From Candidatus Doudnabacteria bacterium (lineage in GTDB: Bacteria > Patescibacteriota > Doudnabacteria > UBA920), in the NCBI GenBank assembly GCA_003151625.1, contig PLYC01000007.1, forward strand, positions 81,181-145,180: a stretch of DNA of 64,000 nucleotides. The letters run 5' to 3'. Position 1 is the stretch's first letter; the number at the start of each line of letters is the position of its first letter. The translations under genes and the position numbers were made by a program. Positions 63,490-64,000 of this stretch are shown piece by piece. The notes under the pieces are model-generated. The model did no database searches, was not told the DNA's origin, and was given only the letters and a program-made list of their open reading frames with translations.

Positions 63490-64000
63490 ATGAATGATCT
63501 TATTAAGCGTCTCGAAAATCTTAAATCCGAAATCTTAAATCTTAAATCTCATTTAAATCTGCCGCAGAAGGAGCAGAAGATTTTGGAATTGGAGGAGCAG
63601 ATGCAGGGGAAGGATTTTTGGGCGGATAATGAGAATGCGCAAAGGGTTAGCCGGGATTATAATCAGCTTAAGAAGTTTTACGATTTTTGGTTGAAACTAG
63701 AAGTGAATATAAGCGAAACTTTGGATTTGGCGAAGGAGAGTGACGCGAAAAAAAACGCTGACGTAGATTATCTTAAGGTTCAAATTGAAAGCTTGGAATT
63801 AGAATATAAGAAAAACCGTTTTGTGGCCTTACTCTCCAAAAAGTACGATGACCATAGTGCGATCTTTTCCATTCACAGCGGTGCCGGGGGAGTGGACGCG
63901 CAGGATTGGGCAAGTATGATATTAAGAATGATATTAAGATATTGTGATATTAAAGGATTTGTTACGGAAGTTTTAGAAATGTCTAAAGGCGAACAGGGCG
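63490..64000 (+). CDS. prfB: Peptide chain release factor 2 (3' end outside the window), no programmed frameshift
   Basis: ...DFWADNENAQRV...HSGAGGVDAQDWASMILRM... matches RF2 (PDFWND...AGSGGTEAQDWASMLLRMY). The frame is continuous from the ATG. Confidence 0.8.
   Translation, partial: MNDLIKRLENLKSEILNLKSHLNLPQKEQKILELEEQMQGKDFWADNENAQRVSRDYNQLKKFYDFWLKLEVNISETLDLAKESDAKKNADVDYLKVQIESLELEYKKNRFVALLSKKYDDHSAIFSIHSGAGGVDAQDWASMILRMILRYCDIKGFVTEVLEMSKGEQG

Noticed and set aside
63490-63600. RF2 programmed +1 frameshift site
   Set aside because: I looked for CTT-TGA-C near codon 25. The frame is continuous and no in-frame stop occurs within the visible 170 codons.

Overview
This 64-kb window reads as a low-GC (~42-45%) bacterial chromosome segment with the hallmarks of a reduced Patescibacteria/CPR-like genome, though that assignment is my inference from content, not a database hit. 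It uses the standard genetic code: UGA acts as a stop codon and an RF2 gene is present. Gene density is high, and the core genes are radA, recG, a ClpB/ClpC-type chaperone, recX, htpX-lemA, secA, gatCAB, miaA, holB, frr, rseP, proS, mreBCD-mrdA and folD. There is also a secE-nusG-rplK-rplA block interrupted by non-ribosomal genes, and a dCMP-deaminase/dut/tmk/thyA/folA cluster carrying two phage-T4-like dNMP kinases. Three tRNAs were found: Arg-CCG and two Ser isoacceptors. The accessory content is concentrated in three places. The first is the left end, with a VirB4-like ATPase, a 1071-aa repetitive membrane protein, an AbrB/RelE toxin-antitoxin pair and a TolB-like protein. The second is the 15-23 kb region. 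It holds a stand-alone PPDK_N ATP-grasp gene, a PIN/RHH toxin-antitoxin pair, two paralogous proteins that each fuse an unknown domain to a PEP-utilizer phosphohistidine domain, and a GC-rich island beside tRNA-Ser. Together these form a split, RPH-like phosphotransferase module. The third is a set of small GC-rich inserts bracketed by repeats. The most unusual feature is a set of dispersed palindromic repeat families (REP/MITE-like). Several copies sit in frame inside conserved genes, namely the PPDK_N gene, recG, miaA and comF. Also present are recurring candidate operator motifs (TTAACACGAAT arrays, AATATCCTAATATC arrays, a CIRCE-like inverted repeat, and two perfect palindromes flanking an ArsR-family gene) and consensus sigma70-type promoters, including several TGGTATAAT extended -10 boxes.
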